Origin: an uncultured Bacillota bacterium
GTDB lineage: Bacteria > Bacillota > UBA994 > UBA5500
Length of the DNA stretch: 32,966 nt
NCBI GenBank assembly: GCA_937874815.1
Contig: CALNBW010000374.1
Location: 1-32,966, forward strand
Direction of reading: 5' to 3'
Below, in pieces: positions 7,963 through 17,861 of the stretch; within the stretch, counting starts at the first letter, position 1, and every line of letters begins with the position of its first letter. The position numbers and the translations under genes are program-made. Below the pieces are notes generated by a model. The model did not search any database. It had not been told where the DNA came from and saw only the letters and a list, made by a program, of their open reading frames with translations.

Positions 7963-8135
7963 TGAACAACCCTCCCTCGAAATTTAAAAGTTATCTTGCT
8001 TATACTTACGATATTACTAGACCCCTTTAGTCACCACAAGTTTAATCAGAATGGCAGCAATAACAGGAATAGGGAGATGCGTGTAGAAGAGATGGATATA
8101 GCCGTTATTACATTCGAACTAAGGAGGTTTGACAA

Positions 8136-9677
8136 TTGATACCCTATCGCAATGAACCGTTAACCAACTTTGCGCTGCCTGAGAACAAGGCGGCCATGCA
8201 GGCAGCCTTGGACCACGTTAGACAGCAGCTTGGCCGCACCTATCCCCTGATAATTGGCGGAGAAGCTATTGCTACCGAGAAAACCCTGCCTTCGGTGAAC
8301 CCGTGCAACCACCAACAAGTTGTTGGCATAGTGGCGCAGGGCAACCGTGAACACGCTGATGCAGCCTTAGCTGCCGCGGAGAACGCTTTCACTAGCTGGA
8401 GCCGGACACCCATGCAAGTTAGGGCCGACTATCTGTTCAAACTGGCTGCAATCATGCGTCGCCAAAAGGCTGAACTTTCTGCTTGGCTGACCATGGAGGT
8501 GGGCAAGAACTGGGTGGAGGCCGATGCAGACGTGGCAGAGGCCATCGACTTCTGCGAGTACTACGGCCGACAAGCTATTGAGTTAAGTCATGGCAGAACA
8601 CCAATCCCATTACCTGGCGAGCGCAATAGTTTCACCTACATACCTCTGGGAGTAGGTCTGGTAATTTCGCCCTGGAACTTCCCCCTAGCAATCCTCTTGG
8701 GCATGACTGCGGCGGCTATTGTTGCTGGTAACACAGTGATTATCAAGCCCGCCAATACGGCCGCTGTAATTGGCGCGAAGGTTTTTGAACTGATCCAGGC
8801 AGCCGATCTGCCGGCAGGCGTTGTTAACTATTTGCCGGGCAGTGGCAGTGACGTTGGTGAATATCTGGTCAATCACCCACGTACTCGCTTCGTTAACTTC
8901 ACGGGTTCCATGGCCGTCGGCCTGCGGATTAACCAACAAGCCGCTATTGCTCAGCCAGGCCAAATTTGGATTAAGCGGGTTATAGCTGAAATGGGCGGTA
9001 AAGACTGCATCATCGTTGATGAAACGGCGGATCTCGAGGCTGCGGCGCGGGGTATAGTCCAGTCAGCCTTCGGTTTCCAAGGGCAGAAATGCTCGGCTTG
9101 TTCGCGAGCGATTATTGTTGACTCGGTCTATGACCAGGTCCTGGAGCGTGTCGTGGAACTGACTAACCAGCTTGCAGTTGGTCCTGCCGCTGATAACTAT
9201 GCGGTAGGGGCAGTCATTGATGCAGCTGCTTTTGCGAAGATTACCTCCTACATTAAGGAGTGTGGAGAGGAAGGCCGACTTGTCGCCGGCGGCGAATACG
9301 ATGATCAACAGGGTTACTTCATCAAGCCCACGGTATATGCTGATGTCAAACCGGATGCTCGCCTGGCACAAGAGGAGATTTTTGGACCGGTGCTAGCTAC
9401 CATTCGGGCTACTGACTTTGAGCACGCCCTGGCGATCGCTAATGATACGATCTACGGCCTCACTGGCTCCCTCTATAGCCAGAAACGCGAACGCATTGAG
9501 CAGGCTAAGCAAGAGTTCCATGTAGGCAATCTATATGTGAACCGCGGCTGCACTGGTGCCCTAGTGGGAGTGCATCCTTTCGGTGGCTTTAACATGAGCG
9601 GCACCGACAGTAAGGCCGGTGGCCCTGATTACGTGCAGTTGTTTATGCAAGCCAAGAGTATCAGCGAGCGGTTGTAA
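8136..9677 (+). CDS. pruA: L-glutamate gamma-semialdehyde (1-pyrroline-5-carboxylate) dehydrogenase
   Basis: 513 aa. The N-terminus YRNEPLTNF...YPLIIGGE and the catalytic region [12 protein letters not shown]...[13 protein letters not shown] closely parallel Bacillus RocA/PruA. TTG start with an AAGGAGG ribosome-binding site. Confidence 0.92.
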   Translation: MIPYRNEPLTNFALPENKAAMQAALDHVRQQLGRTYPLIIGGEAIATEKTLPSVNPCNHQQVVGIVAQGNREHADAALAAAENAFTSWSRTPMQVRADYLFKLAAIMRRQKAELSAWLTMEVGKNWVEADADVAEAIDFCEYYGRQAIELSHGRTPIPLPGERNSFTYIPLGVGLVISPWNFPLAILLGMTAAAIVAGNTVIIKPANTAAVIGAKVFELIQAADLPAGVVNYLPGSGSDVGEYLVNHPRTRFVNFTGSMAVGLRINQQAAIAQPGQIWIKRVIAEMGGKDCIIVDETADLEAAARGIVQSAFGFQGQKCSACSRAIIVDSVYDQVLERVVELTNQLAVGPAADNYAVGAVIDAAAFAKITSYIKECGEEGRLVAGGEYDDQQGYFIKPTVYADVKPDARLAQEEIFGPVLATIRATDFEHALAIANDTIYGLTGSLYSQKRERIEQAKQEFHVGNLYVNRGCTGALVGVHPFGGFNMSGTDSKAGGPDYVQLFMQAKSISERL

Positions 9678-9704
9678 CAGTTTGATTTTGGATTTTGGGG
9701 CAAA

Positions 9705-9735
9705 GGGGCTGCACGGGCGTGCAGCCCCCTTGTTT
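9705..9735 (+). terminator. rho-independent terminator of pruA
   Basis: Stem ggggctgcac / gtgcagcccc with loop ggc, followed by cttgttt. Confidence 0.8.
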
Positions 9736-9745
9736 GGGCGCAATG

Positions 9746-9924
9746 CCCCTACAGAACATGGCCGGGAACCCGGGCGAGATAGATGTGCTTTCGCGACATC
9801 CCGGGATGTCGCTGCCGCACGCATTAACGTAGCGAATTGCTTACGCAATTCACTCGGTCTCGCCCCTACGGGTGCCCCCAAACCCTTGGGAGAACTGTAG
9901 GGGTCGGATCCTATCCGACCCGGG
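9746..9924. repeat. palindrome-dense structured intergenic element (REP/MITE-like or structured RNA), unclassified
   Basis: The ends are inverted: cccctacag (9747..9755) and ctgtagggg (9895..9903). A nested long-range pair joins ggcgaga (9774..9780) with tctcgcc (9858..9864). Internal perfect hairpins are gccgggaacccggc, the 20-nt palindrome gcgacatcccgggatgtcgc (9792..9811), gaattgc-ttac-gcaattc, and gggtcggat-cct-atccgaccc (9901..9921). CCCGGG occurs three times. Confidence 0.4.
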
Positions 9925-9935
9925 TGCAGCAGCCC

Positions 9936-11150
9936 TTACCGCTGTCTGCTTAGCCCGAGGTCGAGCATGAGTTGCTCTAAAAGGGCGCTATGGTCATCAC
10001 GGCAGATCAGGTGATGGTTACCCAGCGGGTGCCTGAGGAAATAGTTGGCATCTTCATCAAGGGCGACGCGCAATTGGGTGCGGCAAAGGTTGGTGCGCTC
10101 TAGATTTTCCAAAATCTCGCCACCGGAGACAAAGTAGCGGGCGCAATCGTTGCTCAGCTTGAAGACGGTGCAACGACCGGGTCGAATTTTCCCCCGTACA
10201 CCAATGCCTAAATCGGACTCGAAGTGAGTATGCAAACTGTATGATTCTGTCATGGCCAGGGGCACAGTGCAGTGGGCGACTAACAGTTGGTTGTTGGCGA
10301 CGTCTATTTCCGATGGATTAGCCATGAACACCGGCTCATCTGTCAGTGCTTGCATGATCACCATGGAAAGCAGTGCCGGCACGTCACCTTCACATCCAGC
10401 TGGGATCCCCGCATCATTCAATAGAGACAAACCGATGCACCCCGTATTCCGATAGGGCCCGAGCAAATCGAAGCAGCGTACTGTCAGTGCGCCCAGCTCG
10501 TATCTGTCCACGAGCGACTTAAGTGCCAAGTAAATGCGTATAGCACCTTCGGTGACGCTTGGGTCCATAGTTTTCGCCAAGGAATCAATGAGCTCACCGG
10601 GCACCTCAGTAACTTCATCAATGGCCTGCTTTAGCTCGTTAATGTCGATATCAATTAGGGATAGGCCCAGACGCTTATGAGCCAGCTCGGGGTCTACATG
10701 GCTAGCGATCAACCAATCGGATGGCTGACCAATAACACCAACGCGCAGACCGGCTAGCTTCTGCCTCGCCCTCTCCAGCCGAGCAATCTCTTTCAGCCTG
10801 TGGGCGATGCTAGCAGGAGAACCATGCAGAATTTCAGCCCGTTTGCCTTGTTGCTGCAAGAAAGTAAGAATCTCTAGCGACGCAGCCAGCGAGTTGTTCT
10901 GGCCGGTTGTCAGTAGCAAGTAAGGCTCGCGCAACTCTTGATAAAGCTGTTTGAAAATTCCTTCTGTACCACCCGATTGGATGAAAATGAGGGGAAGGGC
11001 AGATTGCGGCAACTGCTCCAACTTAGTCCCCTGAAGTGGCTGATCCAAGAGTTTTCCCAGCTCCTGCAAGAAACTGGCGGTCTCGGCATCATGGCTGCGA
11101 TTTGCGTGCAGATCGGCAATGACCTCATAAAGGGCAAATTTCATCGTCAT
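9936..11150 (-). CDS. L-fucose/L-arabinose isomerase family-like protein, function unknown
   Basis: 404 aa. The motif GCEGDVPALLSMVIMQAL resembles the metal-binding and catalytic CE(G/A)D segment of the FucI/AraA superfamily. The region VAHCTVP...GNHHLICRDDH near the C-terminus also fits. It lies 63 nt downstream of proC with no intervening hairpin. Confidence 0.55.
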   Translation of the reverse strand: MTMKFALYEVIADLHANRSHDAETASFLQELGKLLDQPLQGTKLEQLPQSALPLIFIQSGGTEGIFKQLYQELREPYLLLTTGQNNSLAASLEILTFLQQQGKRAEILHGSPASIAHRLKEIARLERARQKLAGLRVGVIGQPSDWLIASHVDPELAHKRLGLSLIDIDINELKQAIDEVTEVPGELIDSLAKTMDPSVTEGAIRIYLALKSLVDRYELGALTVRCFDLLGPYRNTGCIGLSLLNDAGIPAGCEGDVPALLSMVIMQALTDEPVFMANPSEIDVANNQLLVAHCTVPLAMTESYSLHTHFESDLGIGVRGKIRPGRCTVFKLSNDCARYFVSGGEILENLERTNLCRTQLRVALDEDANYFLRHPLGNHHLICRDDHSALLEQLMLDLGLSRQR

Positions 11151-11213
11151 TCACTCCATTCCGTAATACCCATAACAGTTCTTCTAGCTTCATCCTCCAG
11201 ATACCTGCCCCGA

Positions 11214-12050
11214 TTAATTAGTTCCAAAAGTAGCTGCTCGCGCTAGGTCGCGAGAACGTTCTGTAGCACGCAAAATGGCATCCTGAACTGCCTCAGTGAA
11301 ATGATGCTCCGTCAGCGCTTGTAGGCCCGCTATGGTGGTACCTCCAGGGCTACTCACTTGCTGCCTTAGTTCAGCTGGGGTATGGTCGCTTACCTGCAAC
11401 ATGCGCGCAGCTCCAAGTAGCGTTTGTTCCGTTAAAGCACGGGCAGTGCTACCATCAAGGCCGGCGGCCATACCACCTGCTAACATGGCCTCGGCTAACA
11501 GATAGACATAGGCCGGGCCACTACCAGACAGCCCCGTGACCGCATCCATCATCGGCTCAGCCACTTGTTGCACAATGCCCATAGCCGCAAAAAGGGTTTC
11601 AGCTAGGGCCAGATGCTCTGGTTTTGCATGTTGGCCCGCGCAGATAGCGGTTGCTGCCAGGCCAACGGATGCCGCTGTATTAGGCATGGCACGCACTACA
11701 GGTGTCTGCTCCGGCAGATACTGTCCGATTTGTTGCGTGGGCATGCCCGCTAGTAACGAAATTACCAATTGATCCTCATGCAAATACGCTCGGTAAGTGG
11801 CCAATGCGGAGGCCAGATCCTTAGGCTTGAAAGCTAATATAACAATAGTCGCCTGCGCTAGGCGCTCTGCTGTAGCTTGACATTCTGTAGCAATACCGTA
11901 TTTCTCGGCTATCTCTAAGCAGCGCCCTGGCCTGATATCTGTAGCCGTGATCTGCTCGCGAGGCAAGACTTGCTGCTCTAGCAGACCTTTGATCATGGCT
12001 TCGGCCATAGCACCGGCACCAAGGAAATAAACTAGATTGTCACTGCTCAT
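11214..12050 (-). CDS. proC: pyrroline-5-carboxylate reductase
   Basis: Rossmann motif FLGAGAMAEAMIKGL at the N-terminus and SPGGTTIAGL near the C-terminus. 278 aa. Confidence 0.93.
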   Translation of the reverse strand: MSSDNLVYFLGAGAMAEAMIKGLLEQQVLPREQITATDIRPGRCLEIAEKYGIATECQATAERLAQATIVILAFKPKDLASALATYRAYLHEDQLVISLLAGMPTQQIGQYLPEQTPVVRAMPNTAASVGLAATAICAGQHAKPEHLALAETLFAAMGIVQQVAEPMMDAVTGLSGSGPAYVYLLAEAMLAGGMAAGLDGSTARALTEQTLLGAARMLQVSDHTPAELRQQVSSPGGTTIAGLQALTEHHFTEAVQDAILRATERSRDLARAATFGTN

Positions 12051-12078
12051 GCTGCTATTCCTCCTTTTCCGGGCAAGA

Positions 12079-13326
12079 CTACCTGGTCTGCCCAGCGCCG
12101 CTAATAAGATATTTATACGTCGTTAACCCCAATACTCCAGTCGGCCCCCGGGCATGCAGTTTCTGCGTGCTAATGCCAATCTCCGCCCCTAAGCCCAGGG
12201 CATACCCATCACTGAAACGAGTAGAGGCATTATGATAGAGACAAGCTGCATCTACGCTGGCAAAAAAACGGCTAACACTGTTCTCATCCGTGGAAACGAT
12301 TGCCTCCGAGTGGCGAGTGCCATATTGATTAATGTGCCGAATGGCCTCATCCACACTAGCCACTTGCTTGATTGCTACTGTCAAACCCAGATACTCGTGC
12401 GCCCAATCATCATCAACGGCCAAAACACTTGCAGGAGCTTGCTGCTGTAACTGGGGGCAGAGTCTAAGTTCAACACCGGCTGCCTGTAGCTCAGTGGCTA
12501 GGCGAAGGAAATGCTGCTTTGCCCACGCCTGATGCAGCAGAATAGTCTCCACCGCATTGCAGACCCCCGGACGGCTACACTTGCTATTCAAAGCTAGTGC
12601 CACTGCCATGTCTACTGGCGCTGAAGCATCAATATATAAATGGCAATTACCGACCCCGGTTTCCAGAACGGGCACAGTAGCCGACTCGAGCACAGTGCGA
12701 ATCAGATCCGCGCCGCCCCGGGGTACAATCATGTCAATTAAGCCTCGCGCTTGAGCCATCTCCAAGACAGATTGCCGACTAGTAGCTGGCACTATTTGCA
12801 CTAAGTCACTAGGTAAGCCCAGGGCGTTGAGCGTTTCCGCAATGATGCTGACTAGATAGGCATTAGTTTGAGCCGCCATGCGACTGCCGCGTAGCAGAAC
12901 AGCATTACCGCTCTTCAAACAGAGTGCTGCCGCGTCAACGGTGACATTAGGGCGGGCTTCGTAGATAATCCCAACCACACCTAGGGGCACGCGCACTTGG
13001 CGCACCCACAGCCCATTAGGTTGCTGCCAGCTAGCAATTGTTTCGCCTAGAATGTCTTGAGCCTCCGCTATCTGCCGCACACCCTCAATCATGCTAGCGA
13101 TGCGTTCGGCGTCGAGAGTCAATCTATCCAGCAACGCATCGGCTAAGCCAAGCTGCGCCTGCTCTGCAACCTCAACAGCATTAACGGAGATAATGTCTGC
13201 CTGCCTCTTGCTTAGTGCAGCTGCTAAATCAAGCAATATCTGCCGCCTTGCTTCTGCTGTACTCGCCTGCAAATAGGGAGCGGCTGCCTGGGCTCGCTGG
13301 GCTTGCTCCTTCACTGTTAGGTTCAT
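12079..13326 (-). CDS. proA: glutamate-5-semialdehyde dehydrogenase (gamma-glutamyl phosphate reductase)
   Basis: 415 aa with the typical ProA segments IYEARPNVTVDAA, VLLRGS, GVCNAVETILLH, HNASTRFSDG and TYKY. Confidence 0.95.
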   Translation of the reverse strand: MNLTVKEQAQRAQAAAPYLQASTAEARRQILLDLAAALSKRQADIISVNAVEVAEQAQLGLADALLDRLTLDAERIASMIEGVRQIAEAQDILGETIASWQQPNGLWVRQVRVPLGVVGIIYEARPNVTVDAAALCLKSGNAVLLRGSRMAAQTNAYLVSIIAETLNALGLPSDLVQIVPATSRQSVLEMAQARGLIDMIVPRGGADLIRTVLESATVPVLETGVGNCHLYIDASAPVDMAVALALNSKCSRPGVCNAVETILLHQAWAKQHFLRLATELQAAGVELRLCPQLQQQAPASVLAVDDDWAHEYLGLTVAIKQVASVDEAIRHINQYGTRHSEAIVSTDENSVSRFFASVDAACLYHNASTRFSDGYALGLGAEIGISTQKLHARGPTGVLGLTTYKYLISGAGQTR

Positions 13327-13338
13327 ATCTATCCCCTC

Positions 13339-14160
13339 TCAATTAGCTGGCCTGGGCTGCACCCCAAAATCGGGGTTAGAGAAAAACAGCTCAATCTGCT
13401 CGGTCGTACCAAAATAGGTACCATTGCCTCGGCCAGAGAATATGGCCAGAAACTCGCTCGTAGTTTGGGCCTTGCCAATAAAGCAGGCCCCTCCCCTACG
13501 TAACACCTTAGCTACAGCCTGCAATTTACTGGACATACCGCCGGTGCCTAGCGCACTACTGCCGCTGGCCATTGCCAAGAGCTGGTCATCCCAGGCAGTA
13601 ACCCGCTTAATACGTCGGGCGGTAACACACTGGTTGGGGTTCTGATCATACAGACCGTCTGTATCGGTAATGATCACCAATACGGGGGCAGCGATAGCCT
13701 CTGCTACTAAGGCAGAAAGCTGGTCATTATCACCGAAAGTGAGCTCTTCCACGGCGACAGTGTCATTCTCATTGACGATTGGGATAATCGGCTGTCGCAA
13801 CAGGTAATTGAGCATGTTCACAGCGTTTTGCGCCCTCTCCCCGTCCTTTAAGTCAGCCGCGGTCAGTAATAATTGCGCTACACTCAGCCCATAGGGTGCC
13901 AAGAACTGATGATAGGCCTGTATCAACTGGCTTTGCCCTACGGCGGCGGCAGCCTGTCTTTCTATCAGGGCCCTTGGCCTCTCGGCAAAGCCAGCCAGCC
14001 GATAGCCAGCGGCTACCGCTCCTGAAGTGACAAGAACTACTTGCTGACCATCAAGCCGTAGCTGGGCGAGGCCCGAAACATACGGCAGCATCCTCTCGGT
14101 TGCCAAGGAGCCATCGGTGTGGGTCAGCGAGCTACTACCGATTTTCACTACGTATCTCAT
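13339..14160 (-). CDS. proB: glutamate 5-kinase (short form without PUA domain)
   Basis: RYVVKIGSSSLT at the N-terminus, NENDTVAV, and an amino-acid kinase fold. The track start is 14166. The second ATG at 14160 has better spacing (7 nt) from the AAAGGTG ribosome-binding site. Confidence 0.92.
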   Translation of the reverse strand: MRYVVKIGSSSLTHTDGSLATERMLPYVSGLAQLRLDGQQVVLVTSGAVAAGYRLAGFAERPRALIERQAAAAVGQSQLIQAYHQFLAPYGLSVAQLLLTAADLKDGERAQNAVNMLNYLLRQPIIPIVNENDTVAVEELTFGDNDQLSALVAEAIAAPVLVIITDTDGLYDQNPNQCVTARRIKRVTAWDDQLLAMASGSSALGTGGMSSKLQAVAKVLRRGGACFIGKAQTTSEFLAIFSGRGNGTYFGTTEQIELFFSNPDFGVQPRPAN

Positions 14161-14225
14161 CCACATACACCTTTCTCTTTTTTGGAGCAGCCATCCAGCG
14201 TATTGCCTTCAGCCACTGCCAAATG

Positions 14226-14500
14226 CAAAAAAGCCCTTTCGCCCCTACTCATGAAGGGCGAAAGAGCTTTGCTTCCGCGGTACCACCTTAATTGGGCATG
14301 TTCATGCCCCACTCTAACCCGTTAACGGAGGCCAACCGACCTAAGTTTGGTGCCTAGGTTGCTCTTAGGGTAGGTTCAACTGCACATGGGGAGGCACTTT
14401 ACAGCCTATGAGTGCCTCTCTCTGGCTCCCAGAGGTACTAGTCTACTAGTCCTAGTCTTAGCATTTAACAGGCGTGCCGAACGGCACCCTTGCTTATAAT
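14226..14500 (-). promoter_or_regulatory. T-box riboswitch leader, proline-specific (CCU specifier)
   Basis: The reverse strand carries the conserved T-box sequence AAGGUGGUACCGCGG (14289..14275), overlapping an antiterminator/terminator switch. An AGAGAG GA-motif is present in stem I. The specifier-loop context GAA-CCU-A places the codon at 14374..14372. The leader sits directly upstream of proB, as in the Bacillus proBA T-box. Confidence 0.88.
14227..14264 (-). terminator. T-box attenuator terminator
   Basis: 9-bp stem ctttcgccc (14236..14244) / gggcgaaag (14256..14264), followed on the minus strand by GGCUUUUUUGC. Confidence 0.85.
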
Positions 14501-14505
14501 GTATA

Positions 14506-14534
14506 AATATACACCAAAGTAGCTATCTAGGCAA
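14506..14534 (-). promoter_or_regulatory. sigma-A-type promoter of the pro T-box operon
   Basis: On the reverse strand: TTGCCT (14534..14529), a 17-nt spacer, then TATATT (14511..14506). Confidence 0.5.
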
Positions 14535-14567
14535 GGCCTCCGACCGACAACCTGCAGGTAATCTGTT

Positions 14568-15518
14568 CTATACTCCAATTAACCCCACCAGACTAGAAAG
14601 GTCCAAATTAGCACCACTAACTACGCACGCAACCGTTTCAATCTCTGCTGGTAACTGCGCAGCCAGCAGACCAGCAACCGAAACTGCTCCTGCTGTTTCT
14701 ACAATTAGCTTCGTTTCCCGCAACAGCAGTTTCTGAGCAGCTAAGATATCTATATCTGTAACCTGCCACATCCTAGGGGTAAACTGGCTAATTATCTCTA
14801 GATTGAGATTCCCAGGTGTACGCACAGCTACCCCATCAGCTATGGTATCCATGGTAACCAAAGAAGTCGCTTGACCAGCAGCTAAAGATGCCTGCATGCT
14901 AGCAGCACCAACCGGCTCTACCCCTACTATTTCCGCAGTCGCCTGAGCTTGCTCTTTAGCCACTAGGAGACCAGCGAGCAATCCACCACCACCTACTGGT
15001 GCCACCACCATGTCTACTTGTGGTAACTCGCCCAGAATCTCATTAAGTATAGTACCCTGTCCTTCAATGATAGCCCGATGGTTAAAACTAGGCACATAGA
15101 TATAGCCATGCCGCTCTGCTAGTTGCTGTGCATGTTGTTGGGCCTCATCATAGTCAGCCCCATGCAATACCAAGGTAGCACCATACGCTTTAGCCTGCTC
15201 CTGCTTTGTCACTGGAGCTGACACAGGCATGACCACAGTGCACTTAACGCCTTTCAACTTACTACCTAAAGACATGCCTAAGCCGTGATTGCCGCTCGAG
15301 GCAGTTATCACGCCCCGCTTGGCCTCTTCTTCATCTAAAGCAAGCATGTAGTTCATTGCACCACGGAACTTAAAGGCACCCGTTCGCTGCAAACTTTCTA
15401 GCTTAAGATATACCTTTTTTCCGGTCCGCTCACTTAATGCTTCAATTTCCACAAGTGGAGTTTTGATGATCCAAGGGTCTATCCGCTTAGCGCATTGCCT
15501 GATATCAAAGCTAGTCAT
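14568..15518 (-). CDS. PLP-dependent threonine/serine dehydratase family enzyme (TdcB/serine-racemase-like, no regulatory domain)
   Basis: 316 aa. Lysine motif GAFKFRGA, ASSGNHG, and the glycine loop PVGGGGLLAG. Substrate and stereochemistry cannot be deduced from the sequence. Confidence 0.8.
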   Translation of the reverse strand: MTSFDIRQCAKRIDPWIIKTPLVEIEALSERTGKKVYLKLESLQRTGAFKFRGAMNYMLALDEEEAKRGVITASSGNHGLGMSLGSKLKGVKCTVVMPVSAPVTKQEQAKAYGATLVLHGADYDEAQQHAQQLAERHGYIYVPSFNHRAIIEGQGTILNEILGELPQVDMVVAPVGGGGLLAGLLVAKEQAQATAEIVGVEPVGAASMQASLAAGQATSLVTMDTIADGVAVRTPGNLNLEIISQFTPRMWQVTDIDILAAQKLLLRETKLIVETAGAVSVAGLLAAQLPAEIETVACVVSGANLDLSSLVGLIGV

Positions 15519-15569
15519 TACGAAATCGCCTCACATTTTAATGCTGGTTGTCTATTGGGTGCACGATAC

Positions 15570-16985
15570 TCAAGACTTCTGGTATATACGACTCCCCACA
15601 CTTACCATTTCGCATTGCCCATTGTAAGCATGAAACTGTAACACTAGCCCGGGTGGCAGTACCTCGCCTGATCCTGAAGATATAAATACATTGCCACCAC
15701 AGAAGACTATCGGTTCGCTGCCCTTTTCTCCCTGGCAAATCAGTTTACCGCTATCATTGGTGCTGATGATGATCTGTTCCTGCCTACTTTCTCTGGAACT
15801 ATAGACTCCGGTATAGATCAAAGGCTCTTCGAGTTTATCAGCCCAAACCTCTTCAGCCCACATGTGGCTTTGTTCCAAAGGCAAACCGAGCCGCATGTTG
15901 AAAGCAGCGTTTGTCAGCGGCGAGCAATCGATTCCACTAAGGTTTGTCAACAGTGTAACTGCATATGCGCCATCTCTGATGAAACCGCCCCTAGAAGAAA
16001 CTCCAGTTAACCCGCCAGAGTGTTCGCAAATGGCAACGTCCTCAAATAAGCGTTTACTCAGGCCATAGCAGTAGGTACCTTTCTTGGTTTCCGCAAAGCT
16101 GCGGCCAATAACACGCTCGATACAGCTTTCAGGGAACACGCGGCTGCCCTCATGAATGCCTCTACCAGCCAACGCCATATAATACTTGTTCATATCCAAG
16201 GCTGTTGACTTGATCCAACCGCAGCCTCTATAAGGAGGGGCGTTATCCCAGTTATCTGAACAACGTAGAACTCCGTCTCCATCTTTTATGAAAAGACTAG
16301 TAATATTCCCTTTGGCCATCACCGTGTTCAGGGCAAAGCTGCTGCGATCCATGCCGAGAGGCTGAAAAATGCGTCGGTCTACATAGCTTTCCAAGGTTTC
16401 TCCAGCTGCTTTGTCAATTATGCTAGAGAGCAGGGCGTAACCATCGTTAAGATAACTCATATATTTTCCAGGAGGCCCAAGGACCCTAAGCTCGCCATCT
16501 TGAGCAATGAAATCAATGATATCGTTTACATGCTCTACCCTAGTCTTCGATTCAGCCCTATATTGCTCCAAAATCTGCTTGTTCCACGGCTCAGATGCAG
16601 TGTTCCAAGCTAGTGACCAAGATAAGGTCGGCAAAGGCGGAATCCCTGTTGTGTGATTCGCCAAGTGGTGTACCTGAACGGTTTCCTGAGGAGTCCCTGG
16701 AATACGGAAGCTGGGGAGATACTTGGTCACGGGGTCATCAAAACTAAGCTTCCCCTCATGTTCTAGTAATGCTGCTGCCATGCAGGTAATCGACTTACTC
16801 ATGGAGGCTACGACGAAAACTGTTTCAGGCGTTACCGGTTTGCGCCCATCAGCATCGCGGTGACCAAATCCCCTACTATATAGAACTCCTGTATCATCGC
16901 TAACGCAAATTGCTGCGCCTGGTACAGCGTGCTTCTGAAGAATCTCAGTCAAGAATGATTCTAACTTATCCCAGTCGTATCTCAT
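15570..16985 (-). CDS. cytoplasmic serine hydrolase of the beta-lactamase / D-aminopeptidase (DAP-like) family with an extra C-terminal beta domain
   Basis: SxxK motif ASMSKS and Y-x-N (SYLNDG). No signal peptide. About 110 extra C-terminal residues. The start is moved to the ATG at 16985 (MRYDWDKLE) because GGAGGA lies 6 nt upstream; the track start at 17015 is a TTG. Confidence 0.82.
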   Translation of the reverse strand: MRYDWDKLESFLTEILQKHAVPGAAICVSDDTGVLYSRGFGHRDADGRKPVTPETVFVVASMSKSITCMAAALLEHEGKLSFDDPVTKYLPSFRIPGTPQETVQVHHLANHTTGIPPLPTLSWSLAWNTASEPWNKQILEQYRAESKTRVEHVNDIIDFIAQDGELRVLGPPGKYMSYLNDGYALLSSIIDKAAGETLESYVDRRIFQPLGMDRSSFALNTVMAKGNITSLFIKDGDGVLRCSDNWDNAPPYRGCGWIKSTALDMNKYYMALAGRGIHEGSRVFPESCIERVIGRSFAETKKGTYCYGLSKRLFEDVAICEHSGGLTGVSSRGGFIRDGAYAVTLLTNLSGIDCSPLTNAAFNMRLGLPLEQSHMWAEEVWADKLEEPLIYTGVYSSRESRQEQIIISTNDSGKLICQGEKGSEPIVFCGGNVFISSGSGEVLPPGLVLQFHAYNGQCEMVSVGSRIYQKS

Positions 16986-17063
16986 TACGGTTCCTCCAAT
17001 TTCTGTGCCATCCAATGGCCTACAATCCGATACCTAGCAGTTTGACGCGTTACAAAAGCTAGG

Positions 17064-17861
17064 TTATAACACCCATTTTAGAGTTCGCAGTACCTCATAA
17101 TAGCAAGCGCTTTCAAAGGTTACAATGTTAGAGGTTTCTCTTTTTACTCCGGGAAAATATGACACCTTTTCAGCGTAAGTATGCTCTTTGAAGCAGATTT
17201 CTACGGCAAAATGATCGGGTAGCTTGATCTTGGCTGCGTCGAGATCCTGACGCATAGCGTTTTGGGCGGCTAAGCGGATATTCTTGACCACTAAGTCGGG
17301 GGAATAATTCTTAGTGAGGCTTCCTAGGCCGCTCTTAGTGGGTACAGTCAACAGACTAGGGTGCAATTCACTTTCATCCCTACACAGCATTTCGTCGCCG
17401 GAAAGCAAGACCGTAGGTACGCCTTCAAGCGCACAAGCCCAACTATACATCATGAATTCGGAAGCATAACGGCCGTTAATCTTGACCCATACTGGTCGTC
17501 CCGTCAAAGTATGGGAGAGAGGGTTTCCCGCCCTGCCTGCTGCGGAATGGTAGCCAATGAACATAGCACAATCAAAGCTACTGTCGACTCCCTCTACCAT
17601 AAGATAAGGGTGACCAGACCAGTTACGTAGCAGGACCACGTTTTCTGGCATGAGCGCTACATCAATATTCTGACCTGACCCATGAGCATCTTTGATGTAA
17701 ACCTCGTTGGCACCACCAGTAAATGCCCCTTCGCAGGCAGCAAGTACTTCCCGTGTCATTTGCTTAGCGTGTGGAGCAGCCAAAGGATCTTGGGTATGCG
17801 TCTCCCTCCAATCAGTCGTAGTGGCGATGCCTTCGATATCCGCGCTTATAAATACTTTCAT
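17064..17861 (-). CDS. dppA: M55 family metallopeptidase (D-aminopeptidase, DppA of Bacillus nomenclature)
   Basis: MKVFISADIEGI at the N-terminus and KDAHGSG closely follow Bacillus subtilis DppA (MKLYMSVDMEGISG...NDSH). The start is set at the ATG at 17861, preceded by GAGAGGATGG. Confidence 0.88.
   Translation of the reverse strand: MKVFISADIEGIATTTDWRETHTQDPLAAPHAKQMTREVLAACEGAFTGGANEVYIKDAHGSGQNIDVALMPENVVLLRNWSGHPYLMVEGVDSSFDCAMFIGYHSAAGRAGNPLSHTLTGRPVWVKINGRYASEFMMYSWACALEGVPTVLLSGDEMLCRDESELHPSLLTVPTKSGLGSLTKNYSPDLVVKNIRLAAQNAMRQDLDAAKIKLPDHFAVEICFKEHTYAEKVSYFPGVKRETSNIVTFESACYYEVLRTLKWVL

Noticed and set aside
8060-8080. A sigma-54-like TGGCAGCAATAACA upstream of pruA. Bacillus rocA is sigma-54 dependent.
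   Set aside because: There is no GC dinucleotide at the required -12 spacing from the GG, so it does not fit TGGCAC-N5-TTGCA.
9561-9900. Track ORFs 9561..9881 (-) and 9619..9900 (+) spanning the pruA 3' end and the intergenic region.
   Set aside because: They overlap each other, the pruA terminator and the palindromic element. The translations are Arg/Ala/Pro-rich. The open frames are better explained by GC-rich palindromes.
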